Assembly (NCBI GenBank): GCA_028534125.1
Contig: CM052818.1
Location: 560,001-624,000 of the forward strand
Source: Lama glama
Lineage: Eukaryota
Direction: 5' to 3'
Length of the DNA stretch: 64,000 nt
The translations under genes were made by a program, and so were the position numbers. Numbering within the stretch: position 1 is the stretch's first letter; the number at the start of each line of letters is the position of its first letter. Of the stretch, positions 13,037 to 26,320 are shown in pieces. Under the pieces are notes generated by a model. The model was not told the origin of the DNA and searched no databases. It saw only the letters and a list, made by a program, of their open reading frames with translations.

Positions 13037-14510
13037 AGTTACAGGGAACTTAAGACTCAGCACCCCACCTCAATCTGACCCCGTCTCCCCACCTCCCCAC
13101 CCCTCTGTAGAGTACTGCCCATCTTTTAGGATTTTTCTTACTTTCTGTGTATGTGTTGTGTGACGTGTGTGTGATGTAAAACAACTCTCTAGCAACAGAA
13201 ATAGCAAGAAAATACACCCATGAATTCCTCTCCTTGAGGCCCCCCTCTGGTCTTTGCCCAGAGACATGCGTAGTTTGTGCAAACTTTCAGGTGTATTGTA
13301 GGTCCTTTGTTCTTAAACTTACCCCCCTAAATAAAAATGAAATACGTACAATAAATTCTGGAGACCCAGCAAGAAAATATACCCATTCTTTTCCACCCAG
13401 AGATGAGCACTGTTAACATTTCTGCATGTTTCCCCTTGGTGTTTTGTGTGTATGCACAGATGTTGATTGTTAATGGAACTGTATTCTTAAAGTGGGCAAA
13501 ATTTCGAATGCTATTTTTTTCTACTTCAAATAGTGTAAACACTACCCTGTCATGAATATCCTTAGAAAGTATCTCTTAGTATAAGTACATTCTTGAGTTT
13601 CATTTTTTCACTGAAGACATTTCCCTGTGTTTTTCTATGTTCTATTCTTTATCGTTTTCATCAATAATATATCTACTGATAGAATATTACATTTTACAAT
13701 TTTCTTACATATTGTTTGAAACATGTACTTAACATAAACAGAGAAAGCGTAATCATAAGCACATGTGAGCTCCCTCCCTACATTAAGAACTAGACTATCG
13801 CTGACGTTGCTGAAACTCCCTGGGTGCCCCCTAAGCTCATCCCCTTTCTTCACCTCCCGAGGCAAGTGGTACCTTGACTTTTGTGTTTTTCATTCCCTTG
13901 CTTTTTAAAAGTTTTAATTTCATATGTTTACATTCTTATACATTCACATATGCTTTTTTTGTTTGAGCTGTAGAGCTGGTAGACTATATGCAGTCTTTCC
14001 AGGTTTGCTTTTTTTTAACTTGATGTTGTTTCTGAGACTCATTCATGTTCCTGTGGTTCATTCATTTGCACTGCTGTGTAATATTCCATTGTCCATTCTG
14101 TGGATGGTGGGCACTTAGACTATTTCCACAGTTTGGTTTTTATAAGTAATGCTGCTGTGAACACTTGTGTACACGTCTCCGGATGGGCATGAGCTGAGTT
14201 TCTCGAGGAGCGGAATTACAGGGTCATAGGGTATGTGCACGTTTAACATTGAAAGATGGCACCACAGACCTTTCCAAAATAGTTGTCCTGTTTTGTCCTC
14301 TGCCAGTGATGTATGAGAAAGAAGTTCCTGCTAAATTCCACCAGCACTTGGTACCTAACTAAAATACCCTTTCCTGGGGCTTTCTGTGGACCTGGTACAT
14401 AGTTGTGTCTTTCACATGTTAAGTTGTTTAATCCTCTTCACAACCCTGTGCATTTAGGTATTGTTATTAACCCTTGATTTACAGATGAAATAGGCACAGA
14501 GGGGTCAACT

Positions 14511-15304
14511 TTTTTTTTTAAACACCTTTATATGGTATTGTTCCTGTACAGTAAACTGCACATATTTCAGATGAACAATTTGGTAAATTTTGATAGATGA
14601 ATACACCCATGACACCACTACCAGAATCAAGATAGCTAACATTTCCATCACTCCCCAGGAGGTGCAAATTTCAAATTCTCCATTTATCCCTTCCCACCCC
14701 CTTTAACTCCTGGTAACTGTAAGTTTGTTCTCTATGTCTGTGAGTCTGCATCTGTTTTGTAGATAAGTTCATTTGTGTCCTATTTTTTAAGATTCCACAT
14801 GTAAGTGATATCATATGGCATTTTTCTTTTTCTTTCTGGCTCACTTCACTTTGAATGATGATCTCTAGGTCCATCCATGTTCCTGCAAATGGCATTGTTT
14901 TATTCTTTTTTTTACTGCTGAGTTGTATTCCATTGCATGTATATACCACATCTTCTTTATCCAGTCATCTATCAATGGAATATTTGGGTTGTTTCCATAT
15001 CGTGGCTATTGTAAATAGTGCTGCTGTGAACACTGGGGTACATATGTCTTTTTGAGTTATATTTTTCTCTGGATGTATGCCCAGGAGTGAGATTGCTGGG
15101 TCATATGGTAACTCTATCTTTAGTTTTTTAAGGAACCTCCATACTGTCCTCCATAGTGGCTGCACCAATTTACATTCCCACCAGCAGTGTAGGAGGGTTC
15201 CTTTTTCTCCACACCCTCTCCAGCATTTATCATTTGTAGACCTTTTAATGATGGCCATTCTGACTGGTATGAGGTGATAGTTCATTATAGTTTTGATTTG
15301 CATT
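14511..15304 (-). mobile_element. 5'-truncated L1 (ORF2 C-terminus + 3' UTR) with a chimeric 3' end, inserted in a MIR
   Basis: ORF2 C-terminal peptides ([25 protein letters not shown]); TSD cagag(g/a)ggtcaactttt at 14497-14513 and 15305-15321; TTTT/AA endonuclease site. Confidence 0.92.
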
Positions 15305-15610
15305 CAGAGAGGTCAACTTTTAAACCCCAGATTTATAGATTTAAAAATGGGGAACGGAGAGATTAACTTGTTCTGGATCACACAGCTAGTTAGTGGTGGG
15401 AGCAAGATTTGAACTAAGCATCTTTGTTCTTAAATTCTATGTAATGGATATAAAATGGAATCTCACAGCAGTCTTTTCCTATGTTTCTCTGTTTACTAAA
15501 AAAGTCGAGTATTTTTTTTACCTATGTTTGTTCTCCATTCTCTTTTCATGAAAAGAAACATTTTAAAACCATTCCCCTATTGTTGGGGCACTTAGGTTGT
15601 TTGTAGTCCT

Positions 15611-15700
15611 TTTTTTCTTCTCCTTAATGGAGGCACTGGGGATTGTACCAAGGACCTCGTGCATGCCAAACATGTGCTCTACCGCTGACCCGTACTTCCT
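15611..15700 (-). mobile_element. tRNA-derived SINE (Vic-1-like), more diverged copy
   Basis: ggaggcactggggattgtaccaaggacctcgtgcatg...ctctaccgctga aligns with the other copies in the window. Confidence 0.8.
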
Positions 15701-16412
15701 GTAATTCTTTACTATTAATGTTCCAAGGAAAATCCTTGGCATATGTAAATTAAAATTTTCTTCTATTGTCTTATTTATTTTATTTGCATTTCCTTAAGTG
15801 AAATTGAATACTTAGTGGTTAAAAATAGCTGTGTTCTTCTGGATTGCTGTGTGGTATTGGAAAAGTTACTTAACCTCTCTGTGTTCAGCGTCCTCATCTA
15901 TGGAGGTGAGTCTCTACATTATAGGATTTATGATGACTGGAGGAGATTAATGAGTGTGCAGTGATTAGCATGATAGTCAGTCTATCTTAAGAATGTTCCA
16001 TCAGAGCTAGGCAGAGACTTTTCCTAGTTTCTCCCTTTCTTTTCCTTTTTCCCCCGAAACCACATTAATTATGATCAGATCAAGGGCCTGAGCAATCACA
16101 GTCCCATGTTTCTGCCAGATACGATGGCCTCAGGGAATTAGACCTTGTTTCAGCTTTTTCCTGAGCATCAACCCACCCATTGAGAAATATGCTGTATCTG
16201 TCTATTTTGTAGTAGGAGAAAATTAGATTTTAAAATGTTTTACTGATATGTACACGGTAACCACAAGAAACATTACTTTCCCCCGCCTCACACAGGGACA
16301 CCCACTCTTACACCTGACAGTCTCTAGAGGGTTAGATATAACCCTCTGAGATTTGCTGTCTGCAGAGAGAGCTCAGATGTGGAGAGTGCAGACACGGGAC
16401 TGGATTAGTCAT

Positions 16413-16414
16413 GT

Positions 16415-16445
<31 letters not shown>

Positions 16446-16449
16446 CACA
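16413..16449. repeat. (CA)n microsatellite
   Basis: Direct reading of the sequence. Confidence 0.9.
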
Positions 16450-18764
16450 CCTCTGCAAAAACAGGCAGCTGTGTACCTCTTCAGAGTCTCTTTCCCCACT
16501 TAAAGATTTGTATCATCAGTAAACCCCAGAAGTGGAGAAGTCTCTTAAGAGGTGAATAATTGATCACACTGGATGGAACATGCCGCAAATACAGCCCATG
16601 TGCTATTAGAGGGAGCAGGGCCATCCCCTCGGGGGAGAGAAGGAAGGAGTTGACTTTGTGTGCGGAGGTGGCTGTGAACTCTACCGACTAGGGAGAAGGA
16701 TGGAGCTGGAAAGCAGCCCTTGAGTTGGTTTCCCAGAGGGCAGCTGGGGAAGTGCGGGGCTGAGATTTGCTGGTCAGCTGGGTGGGGAGCAGCCACCCCT
16801 ATCCTGCGGTCCCAGGAGAATTCACTCTTGGAGATTCCACCCTAGAGGATGTGCCCCAGACTGGCCCTGCCTCCTGGCCACTGGCCCTTGTGGAGGCTGC
16901 CTGCAGGCTTGCTCGCCCCGGGGATAGACCTTCCTGGGCGTGTGTCTCTTCTAATGGCCTGTGACTGCGGAGCGGCAGCGGCCCTGGGACTCTGCCTCTG
17001 CTAACACCCCGTTTCCTAGAGGACCTAAGAAGGCCGGGCAGTGAGGACTCTGATCTCTCACGATGACAGTCTTTGTCTTCCACCCTTTCTCCTGTTTCCC
17101 TTTAGTAGAGGCTGACTGACCACTGACCTGGTTTTGATGTGTTGATGCTCTGAGAGTCAGGAAAGGCTCGGAAGACCTGGTGTCATTTCCACACCTTTCA
17201 CTGTGTTATGAATAAAATGAGGTGTCCGGGGGTGGGCTTCCACCCTCCTGTCAGGGGCTCTGGAGCCCCTGGGGAGGGGAGGGCAGGCTGTTGTTGAATA
17301 CCTGCGGACGTCTGAGGGACCAGGTGTGGGACGGGAGCACAGAAAGGAGTCAGCGGTAGAGGAGGAGGCACGTGGACCTTGGGAGCCCTGACCAAGCAGG
17401 GTACAGGGACACGCGGGCCCCTGGAGGGAGACCTGGCGTCTTCTGCAGGTGAGAGTGTGACCGGGGGTGGTGATGCTGTGCATACACGCCAGCCCTTCAT
17501 CACGGAGGTGAGGAGCGGGTCTCTTGGCGCTGAGAAGGGCATTTATTCTTCCAGTAACAAACCCCTGCTGCCCACTCCCCAGTGAGGGGGTGCGCCCCCA
17601 GCCTGTCCAGGCCAAGCCTGGGATGGGCTGGAGACTTCCCAGTGATACTGTGGCAGGGAAGAGACCTGGTAAGCCCGGATGTGTGGGGCCCAGTGAGGGC
17701 AGGGAGGGGTTTTGTGCTGGGAACATGGCTCTGAGAAGGGGCCGCACCGACACCTTCGGTGGGCCTCGCTGTGGAGACAGATGGGGGCAGGCTGTTCCAA
17801 GAGCCCACACCAGGCTCCCGAGTCTTCTATGGCACAGGCATTCCCGAGGGCCCGGGCAGCTCTGCGGCCCTCTTCCGTGTGTGCGCTGTGACAGGTGCTG
17901 TAGCAGAGCAGGACCACCAGCTGCCCAGAGCTTCTGCAGGCTGTCTCTCAACGTCAGGGGGTGAGCAGGCTGGTACCAGCCGGGTCCCAGGAGGAAGAAG
18001 CCGCTGACCCTTTTTGAGCACATGCTGAGCACTCTGCTGGATTCTGCAGGTGTGATGGAACTTGTCCCCTAGGAGTTCTGACAGTGCACTTGGTCTCCTC
18101 TTTTAGGGAAAGATCCCCAGCAGAAGGTGGCTGTGTGTGGGGACTGCGTCGGGTCGGGTTCAGACCTGTGCTAGGCAGGACTGGTCCAGGAGGACGTTAT
18201 CATTTGCCCATAGTCACGCTTCACCCCCACCTCTCTGCTGTTGCCTTGGTTCAGGCCCTTCTGACCACTGATCTGGACAGCGGCACGATTCTCCCAGCCG
18301 GGCTGCCTGCCACCAGCCTTGAACCCTGCCGGTGGTGCTTTGTGCGAACGCCTGAGGGCCCCCCTGAACTGCAGATCTGCTCCTGTGTGTTCCTGCGGTG
18401 ATCCCCACCCCTGCCCTCCTCACACTCTGTGCTCAGACTGTCCCTGACAGCTCACCCTCCCCTGCCTGCCAGGCGTTTTCATGATTCCATGCCTTTGCAC
18501 ATGCGAGTCCCTCCATCTGGAGTTCTTCCTTCTTCCCCTCCTCCAAAATACCTGCCCATTATCTGAGTCTCATCTCGAAAGTGACTTCAAGGTGGAACCT
18601 TTCTCGACACACATGTCCACCTTCTCAGAGAGAAGTGGCCCCATGCCCCAGGCCCTGAAGACTGCTCTCATGACACCGGTATGCCAGAGGGCTTCTGTGT
18701 GTGCAGGACTGTTTCTTGCCTTTTGCCTTGTAAACTTCTTGATGTTCCTGAAATATACAGCCTG

Positions 18765-19230
18765 GTCTATCGTAAGGTAGGAAACCACCCCGAAATTCAG
18801 TGGCGTGAAACAGCGTTCATTTTACTATGCTCATGGAAGCCTTGGACTTGGAAGTCAGAAAGGACACAGCTTGGGTGGCTTGTCTCTGTTCCTTGATGCT
18901 TGTGGCCTCAGCTGGGGAGTCTTAGAGCTAGCGGTAACTTGACAGCTAAGCTGGAATCCTTGAAGGGCTCTTTCAGTCACTCGCTTGGCAGGTTGATGCC
19001 GGCTGTTGGCTGGGACCTCATCTGGGAATGCCTGGGGACACCTTCATGTGGACTTTCCAGACGGCCTGCATTTCCTCACAGGATGGTGGCTGGGTGTCAT
19101 GAGAACGAGGCAGAAGCTGTGTTGTCTTTCATGATCCAGCTTTGAAAACCATGTAGCGGCACTTCCACCACTGTCACCAGCCCGCCGCGATTTGAGGGGA
19201 GGGACACAGACCCCCCCACCTTGCTGGGAG
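18765..19230 (-). mobile_element. MaLR solo LTR (MLT1-like)
   Basis: Resembles recalled MLT1 consensus (ccaccccgaaattcagtggcgtgaaaca...ggcttgtctctgttcc...ggctgttggctgggacctca); boundaries approximate. Confidence 0.6.
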
Positions 19231-20221
19231 AAGTGCACGTGGGATGGAGGGGTTTAGTGACCCTGTCACGCACGCTGAGTGCTGGAGGCGTGCAGACAGC
19301 GCTCGTAAATTCTGCAGGCTGAGCAAGGGTGGAATGTGAGGCAGAGACGTGAGGCTGGTGCCTGGGAGTCTCGGGAGGGTGGGATCAACAACGGACTGTA
19401 GGGGGAGAAAAGACTGTGGGAGCGGGCTGGGGTACACAGAACTGCCCAGAGGAGCTACTGCCAGGCTGGACATTTAGAAAGTGTGTACACACACCAAGGC
19501 CAAAATTAGGAGGGCAGGAAGGGAAAGGGAGGAGATAGAAGGGAGAGGCATTCATGTCTAGACTTGTTTGGACCTGGTGACTGGGCACCTTGGCAGAACG
19601 GGGATGATGCTTGGGTTGGGAACACTCGCAGGAATAAGACAGCTGGGGACGGAGCCGTTGGAGGTGGAGTGGGGAGTTTGGTCCATTTTAGGTGCACTTC
19701 CCCCAGCGGGCCTGTAGCAGGTTCCAGGACTTGGGGGCTGCTGGAAGCCAGACTTTAAGGAGCAGCCTCAGAGAGGTGCTTGCTGCAGCCCAGGGGCGGT
19801 GAGAATGAAGGGAGAAAGTGTGGAGGGTTTTGGGGTTGGGGCACGTCTAACTGGGGCTTTGAAAGGGCCTAGACTAGCCTCTGTCCTTCTTCAGTGTTGT
19901 CCAGCCCTCCTGCCAATAACTGTCCAGTAACTGCTTGATTTCCTTTGGAATACCCTCTGGCTGTTAGGTGGCCAGGGGGCAGTGTATTTTTTTTTTAAGT
20001 ATCTCTCAGTATTAAAACTCTTTCCTAAATTGAGCCCAAGTCTTCTCTCTAAAGCTTTACCTGTTTTCTGATTCCAGCCCTGAGGGCTACTTGAAACCAG
20101 TCTCATCTTTTCCCAGATGATAGGCCCTCACATGTTTAAAGACCTGAGTTTTGTCTTCTTTGGAACCAGACGGGACCTGCTCCTCTTTTTTTGTCTTTTG
20201 GATTTTTTTTAAAGCATCTTA

Positions 20222-20377
20222 TTCTTTTAAATTATTGTGTTATTTAATTATTTTATTTTGGCGGGAGGAGGTAATTGAGTTTATTTATTTTTGGTGGAGG
20301 TACTGGGGATTGAACCCAGGACCTCGTGCATGCTAAGCGTGTGCTGTACCACTGTGGCTGTACCGCCCCCCGCCCCC
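20222..20377 (-). mobile_element. tRNA-derived SINE (Vic-1-like)
   Basis: ggaggtactggggattgaacccaggacctcgtgcatgctaagc core with an AT-rich tail. Confidence 0.88.
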
Positions 20378-21980
20378 TTACGGTTTTGAGCTGCCCTGCT
20401 GGCTTCTCCTCTGTGCCCCCTCACAGGGTGCAGCCCCCAGAGGAAGCCTGTGCTCAGGTGGGGACTGTCTGGGCAGAGCTGGGCTGTTGCTGCCCGTGCT
20501 GCAGGTCTGGTCACGTGTGTGTCCAGCTGTGTATGGGTTGGGACCCATTAGTGGACTGTGAAATCACCTTAGATTGTTACAACCTGCAAGAAAGAGGAAG
20601 GGAGGGATTCCTGTATCTATTAAGGAGAAATACCATTTTGCAAACCCGTCATATGTGTAAGTACATAATAGATCACAGTATAATATATATATATATATAT
20701 ATTTTTACTGTGGATTATAGTAAAAAAAAGTTTGAAAAAACATTAATAAAATCCTTTGAAGCTGCCAAATTGCATCATACTGAGATTAGCTTCAGTTAGT
20801 CTCTTACCCCTCCTGTCTTCAGCATCTGCCTGTTTAATAAGTACACCTTCACTGTCATTACTGATAAATACGTTGAATAGGACAGCTCTGAGGAAGAGCC
20901 CTGCAGCACAGCCCTAGAGACCACCCCCCAGTTGATACACCACTCGTGCTTTGAGCCATTGGTGAGCAGCCCCTCCAGCCACTAACTCTCCGCAGCTGGC
21001 CCTCAAAGGGAATCACAGTCCACCTTGTGAAACTTGAACATCTACAGCTCGAGTCACAAACCCAAATGCCTACACAGATGAATGAAATGGTACGTAACTC
21101 AGGCAATTCATAAATGATCCCTGACTCCTGGCCTTGGTTTCAAGAAGGCAGCACGGATGGCGAAGCTGGGGGTGAGCAGGGGCGGTAGTCAGCGCTCGGT
21201 TGTAGGCAAAGTTGCCAGACAGAAGTGTGGACCTTCAAGAAAATCTGGGTTTCATGTGAAATTGATTTTTTTTTTTTTAACATTGGTGAAACAAAACCAA
21301 ATAAAGCAGATCTGTGGCAGACTTGGCCTGCAGCCCTTGAGTGTGTGGCCTGTCAGCCAGGATGTCTCCTCATCTCCTGGTCCAGGGACCGCACACCACA
21401 AAGCACCAAGGTTAGCTGAGCGTTGATGGGTTGATGGGTTTCGTGAACCTGACTCCTCGAGGTCCCTTTAGTTACCCACACGGGGCCCTTACCCAGACCT
21501 TTCTCACCCAGTGGACTGGAAGTTGGGGGTGACACTTGCTCATTTCTCGCCTCTTGGCGCTTTCTCCTGACGGCAGGTTTCTTCCAGGATCACTGGCAGG
21601 CGTGAGGAATGTGTCAGTGGGATGCCCTGGCTGGGAAAACTGGGATTTATAGAGCTTCTTAAAGTTTTCCACCCGTCTTGGCTTCACTTCCCTCATATCC
21701 GTGTCTACTCTATCCTTCCTTTCTTTTTTTTTTTTGGTCCAAAGAGCATCCTTCTTCCTAGGGAATTCAGAGCCATAAGGCCTAGCTCCTCCTTGTTCTT
21801 CTTATTCATACAACAAAAAAAACTTTTTAAAATTGTTTTAGCTGTCTTGACCATTTTGGGGAAGCCTCAGCTCACATAGCAGTTGTCTTCCTAACACTTC
21901 CTATAAATCCATGTTACTCTCTTTTGTTCCTTCTTGGTTATGCAGGCTCCTTCTGTCTTTTATACGCAAGCATGTAAAAC

Positions 21981-22135
21981 TTTTTAAAATTGTTTTATCT
22001 TCTTTGGCAAGGAGAGGTAATTAGGTTTTTAAAATTTTACTTATTTTTTTTTATTTTGGAGGAGGTACTGGGGATTGAACCCAGGACCTCGTGCTTGCTA
22101 AGCACACGCTGTACCGCTTGAGCTACACTCTCCCC
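21981..22135 (-). mobile_element. tRNA-derived SINE (Vic-1-like)
   Basis: Same core as the other copies; degenerate flanking repeat caag(ca/tg)tgtaaaa. Confidence 0.88.
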
Positions 22136-24174
22136 ATTGCCACAAGTGTGTAAAATTTGACCACTTCAGGTTTTGTCTTTGCAGCCACCTTGGATTCTAA
22201 GAAGGAAGGAAGGGAGTACTGGCTTTACAGCCACATTCCTAAAGGAGAAGTTGTTTGTTTCTGGTTCTGAAAGATGGTCTTTCCACCAGGGTCAGGGCAA
22301 GGCCTGTGAAGGTGGTCCAAGCAGCAGCTCTGGGCAGGCGGCGCAGAAGTGGTTAAGATTTGGACCTTGTCTTGAAGGAAATACCGTCTGGTGTGGGAGG
22401 CAGCTGCTTGAACAGCAGTAGTGGCGTGCGATAAGCGCTAGCAGGCAGGTGCAGGGTGCTGTGGGAACGCGGGGGAGGGGGCCGCAGGTCAGTCTGCCGA
22501 GAGGAGGTGACAGCTGATGCCTGATGGATAAGCCAGAATGGCCTCCGAGGCCGGGAAGGGCATTCCAGGCAATGAGAACTGCGTGTGCAAAGCTCAGAAA
22601 AGCCTGTTGGAACAGCATGAGGGTCCTCTGTGGCCAGAACTGGGGCAGTGACGAGAATGAGGCGGCAACCATAGACCGAGGCCTCCGCTCACCTCCCAAA
22701 GGCCTGTCCCGGATCCCAGCTTCCCACCACCACTTGGGGGCCCACGATGGCCGTGTCCGACCATATTCAGGTTTCGTCAGCTGTCCCCATCCTGTGCTTT
22801 CTGGCTGTCTTCCCCCACTCCAAGACTTAGCCCAGGAGCTGCGTTCTGCTGTCCTGTCTCTTTAGTCCCGTGTCAGCTGGGAAAGATGTTTTTCTTTCTT
22901 GTCTTTGAAATTTTTGAAGAGAACAACCCAGGTGCTCTCTAGCGTGCCCTTCCGCTTCAGTTTATCTGATGTTTCCTCGCAATTAGATTTAAGTTCTCCG
23001 TTTTGGCTGGAGTTCTACGTGACTGATGTGATGCTGTCCTCAGTGCATCCTATAAAGAGGCACGTGGTGTTGTTCCGTCCTCATATTAGTAATGATGACA
23101 ACTTTGATCATCGGTAAAAGTGGTGTCTGCCAGATTTCTCTATTTTAAAGTTACTACTAAATAATTTTTAAAGAGATGTTTTGAGGCCATGTACATACCC
23201 TGCATCAAGCCTTCACCTGCTAGTCACAGCATCCACTGATGACATTCTGAATCCATCGTTCCTTCTGTATTTTTGGTGGCATTCGACTGGAAGAAGGAGC
23301 CTTCCTTTCTGGTGGAAAGATTCCTGCCAACTCAGTTCCGCATCCTTGTGTTAGCTTTCAACTTACTGCACTGGACACCTGGCCTGCTTCCTCTTGTGCC
23401 CTCCCCCTTCTGTGTGCTTTGGGTGGACATAATGGTGGTTCCTGGGATGGGGAGAAGCTTGTATCTTCTTCCCAGCAGCAGCTCACGTGGCATCGGTGGG
23501 ACTGGCTCGGTGTGGGGCTGAGCACGCTCTATGAGATGGTTAGTGTTTCCTCGGGCCGCGGGCCGGGGGTGGGACTGTCGTCTTGTCACCAGCTCTCTGA
23601 GCTCAGCCTGGGCTTAAGTGAGGGCAGTAATGGGCAGAGAAAAGAACTGTGGGTTCCTTCCCCCTGAGACGCTGTGACTGACCTCTTGCTCAGGCTGAAC
23701 TGTTAATCAGCTGCTCGTTCCCTGTCCCTGCCCCGCACGCACGTGCACTTCCCGCCTGTGGCATACTGTTGCATGGTGTGCTGGTTAGCTTTCTTTTGCT
23801 TCTGACAAAAAACAAAGGTTCTGGTGTCACATTGGTCATTGTGAGTTAAAGATCTTTTTTGTGTGTTCTCAACAAATGCTTGGTTTCAGGGGAGTTTGGT
23901 CAGCGTGATTAGTACGAGGTCCAAAAAGGGCCGAGCAACATTCAGAATTATGTGTTAGGGTCTCTTAAAGGTCTGCCTTTTGCTTCTGCTGGTGCAGCTA
24001 GCTGGGAATGGAGATGTGGGAAGATGAGCTGAGGTCCCAGCTGTATCAAAGACAGGGAGGGTTTTGCAAGAAAAGCAGTGTTTAGGTGTGCATCTGAGTG
24101 GTGTGATGCAGGACAGTGCTTCTCAAATACTATGGCTCATCTTTCCCCCTTTTCCCTCTCCTCTCTCTCTTCAG

Positions 24175-26320
24175 GCAGGCTCAGAGCTCAGCGCAGTTGA
24201 TGGACCTGTTCCAGGTCCGATGGACTCAGGGCCAGTGTACCATGGGGACTCACGGCAGCTAAGCGCCTCAGGGGCGCCGGTCAATGGTGCTAGAGAACCT
24301 GCTGGACCCAGTCTGCTGGGGGCTGGGGGTCCTTGGCGAGTAGACCAGAAGCCCGACTGGGACGCTGCCCCAGGACCAGCTCACACTGCTCGCCTGGAAG
24401 ATGCCCACGATCTGGTGGCCTTTTCGGCTGTGGCCGAAGCTGTGTCCTCTTATGGGGCCCTTAGCACCCGGCTCTATGAAACCTTCAACCGTGAGATGAG
24501 TCGCGAGGCTGGGAACAACAGCAGGGGACCCCGGTCAGGGCCCGAGGACTGCTCTGCTGGCAGCGAAGACCTTGACACGCTGCAGACTGCCCTGGCCCTC
24601 GCTCGGCATGGCATGAAACCACCCAACTGCAACTGCGATGGCCCAGAGTGCCCTGACTACCTCGAGTGGCTGGAGGGGAAGATCAAGTCTGTGGTCGTGG
24701 AGAGCGGGGAGGAGCGGCCCCGGCTCCCAGGGACTCTGCCTTCTGGGGAGGCTGGCCTCCCGGCACCCATCACCAGGCCACTCCTCAACTCCGAGGTCCC
24801 CCAGATACCTCCTCCGGAAGGCCTGCCCCTGTCCCAGAGTGCCCTGAGTATCGCCAAGGAGAAAAACATCAGCCTGCAGACCGCCATCGCCATTGAGGCC
24901 CTCACACAGCTCTCCTCCGCCCTCCCCCAGCCCTCTCATGCCACCTCCCAGGCTCCTTGCCCCCTTCCTGAGGCCTTGTCCCCTCCTGCCCCTTTCAGAT
25001 CTCCCCAGTCCTACCTCCGGGCTCCCTCATGGCCTGCGGTCCCCGCCGAAGAGCACCCATCCTTTGCTCCCGAGAGCCCTGCCTTCCCTCCAGCAACTCC
25101 TAGAACAGAGTTTGCTGAAACCTGGGGCACCGACACCCCACCAGCAACTCCCCGGAGCCCTTGGCCCATGCCTCGCCCAAGCCCTGACCCCATGGCTGAA
25201 CTGGAGCAGTTGCTGGGCAGTGCCAGTGATTACATCCAGTCAGTATTCAAGCGGCCTGAGGCCCTGCCCAGCAAGCCAAAGGTCAAGGCTGAGGTGCCCT
25301 CTTCCTCCCCGGCCCCCTCCCCCTCCCTCCAGAGAGAGGCCCCCCCTCCATCCTCAGAGCCCGACACCCACCAGAAGGCCCAGGCAGCCCTGCAGCAGCA
25401 CCTCCAGCACAAGCGCAGCCTCTTCCTGGATCAGGCCCACGATGCCCCCTTCCCCCCTCCCTCGGAGCCTTCTGCTCCCGGCTGGTGGGCACCACCCAGT
25501 TCACCTGCCCCACGGCCTTCGGACAGACCACCCAAGGAGAAGAAGAAGAAGCCCCTGGCACCAGCTGGGGGTCCTGTGGGAACCGAGAAAGCCGGCCCTG
25601 GGATCAAGCCCAGTATCCGGAAGCCCGTTCAGATCAAGAAGTCCAGGCTGCGGGAAGCGCAGCCTCTCTTCCTGCCTCTGCGGCAGATCGTCCTGGAGGG
25701 GCTGAGGTCCCCAGCCTCCGAGGATGCACAGGCACACCCAGCCGCCCCTGCCCCTGCCCCCGCCCCTGTCCCCGCCTCGCAGGGCCCTGCTGCCCCCCTG
25801 CCCCCAGAACCTTCTCTTGCGCTATTTGCACCTAGTCCCTCCGGGGACAGCCTGCTGCCCCCTACTCAGGAAATGAGGTCTCCCAGCCCCATGGCCACCC
25901 TGCAGCCGGGCTCCACTGGCCCACTTCCCCCCGCCGATGACAAGCTGGAAGAGCTCATCCGGCAGTTTGAGGCTGAATTTGGGGATAGCTTTGGGCTTCC
26001 TGGCCCCCCATCTGTGCCCATTCAGGACCCCGAGAACCAGCCCACCTGTCTCCCAGCCCCTGAGAGCCCTTTTGCCACCCGCTCTCCCAAGCAAATCAAG
26101 ATCGAGTCTTCGGGGGCTGTGACTGTGCTCTCGACCACCTGCTTCCATTCAGAGGAGGGAGGCCAGGAGGCCACACCCACCAAGGCTGAGAACCCACTCA
26201 CACCCACCCTCAGCGGCTTCCTGGAGTCACCTCTTAAGTACCTGGACACGCCCACCAAGAGTCTGCTGGACACACCTGCCAAGAGAGCCCAGGCCGAGTT
26301 CCCCACCTGTGACTGCGTGG
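24175..26320 (+). CDS. TET3: TET3 large proline-rich coding exon (2146 nt); contains the short-isoform start ATG at 24220
   Basis: Polypyrimidine tract + CAG acceptor (24172-24174); donor G|GTAAGT at 26321. Translation [29 protein letters not shown]...[15 protein letters not shown] matches mammalian TET3 as recalled. Ends in phase 1. Confidence 0.98.
24874..24915 (+). other. TET3: Coding motif [14 protein letters not shown], probable SIN3A-interaction helix shared by TET1 and TET3
   Basis: The AIEALTQLS motif is in the translation; the functional assignment is from recalled literature on the TET1/TET3 Sin3-interaction domain. Confidence 0.65.

Noticed and set aside
17157..18032. 291-aa minus-strand ORF
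   Set aside because: Non-ATG start, no recognisable domain, and composition typical of chance ORFs in GC-rich intron sequence.
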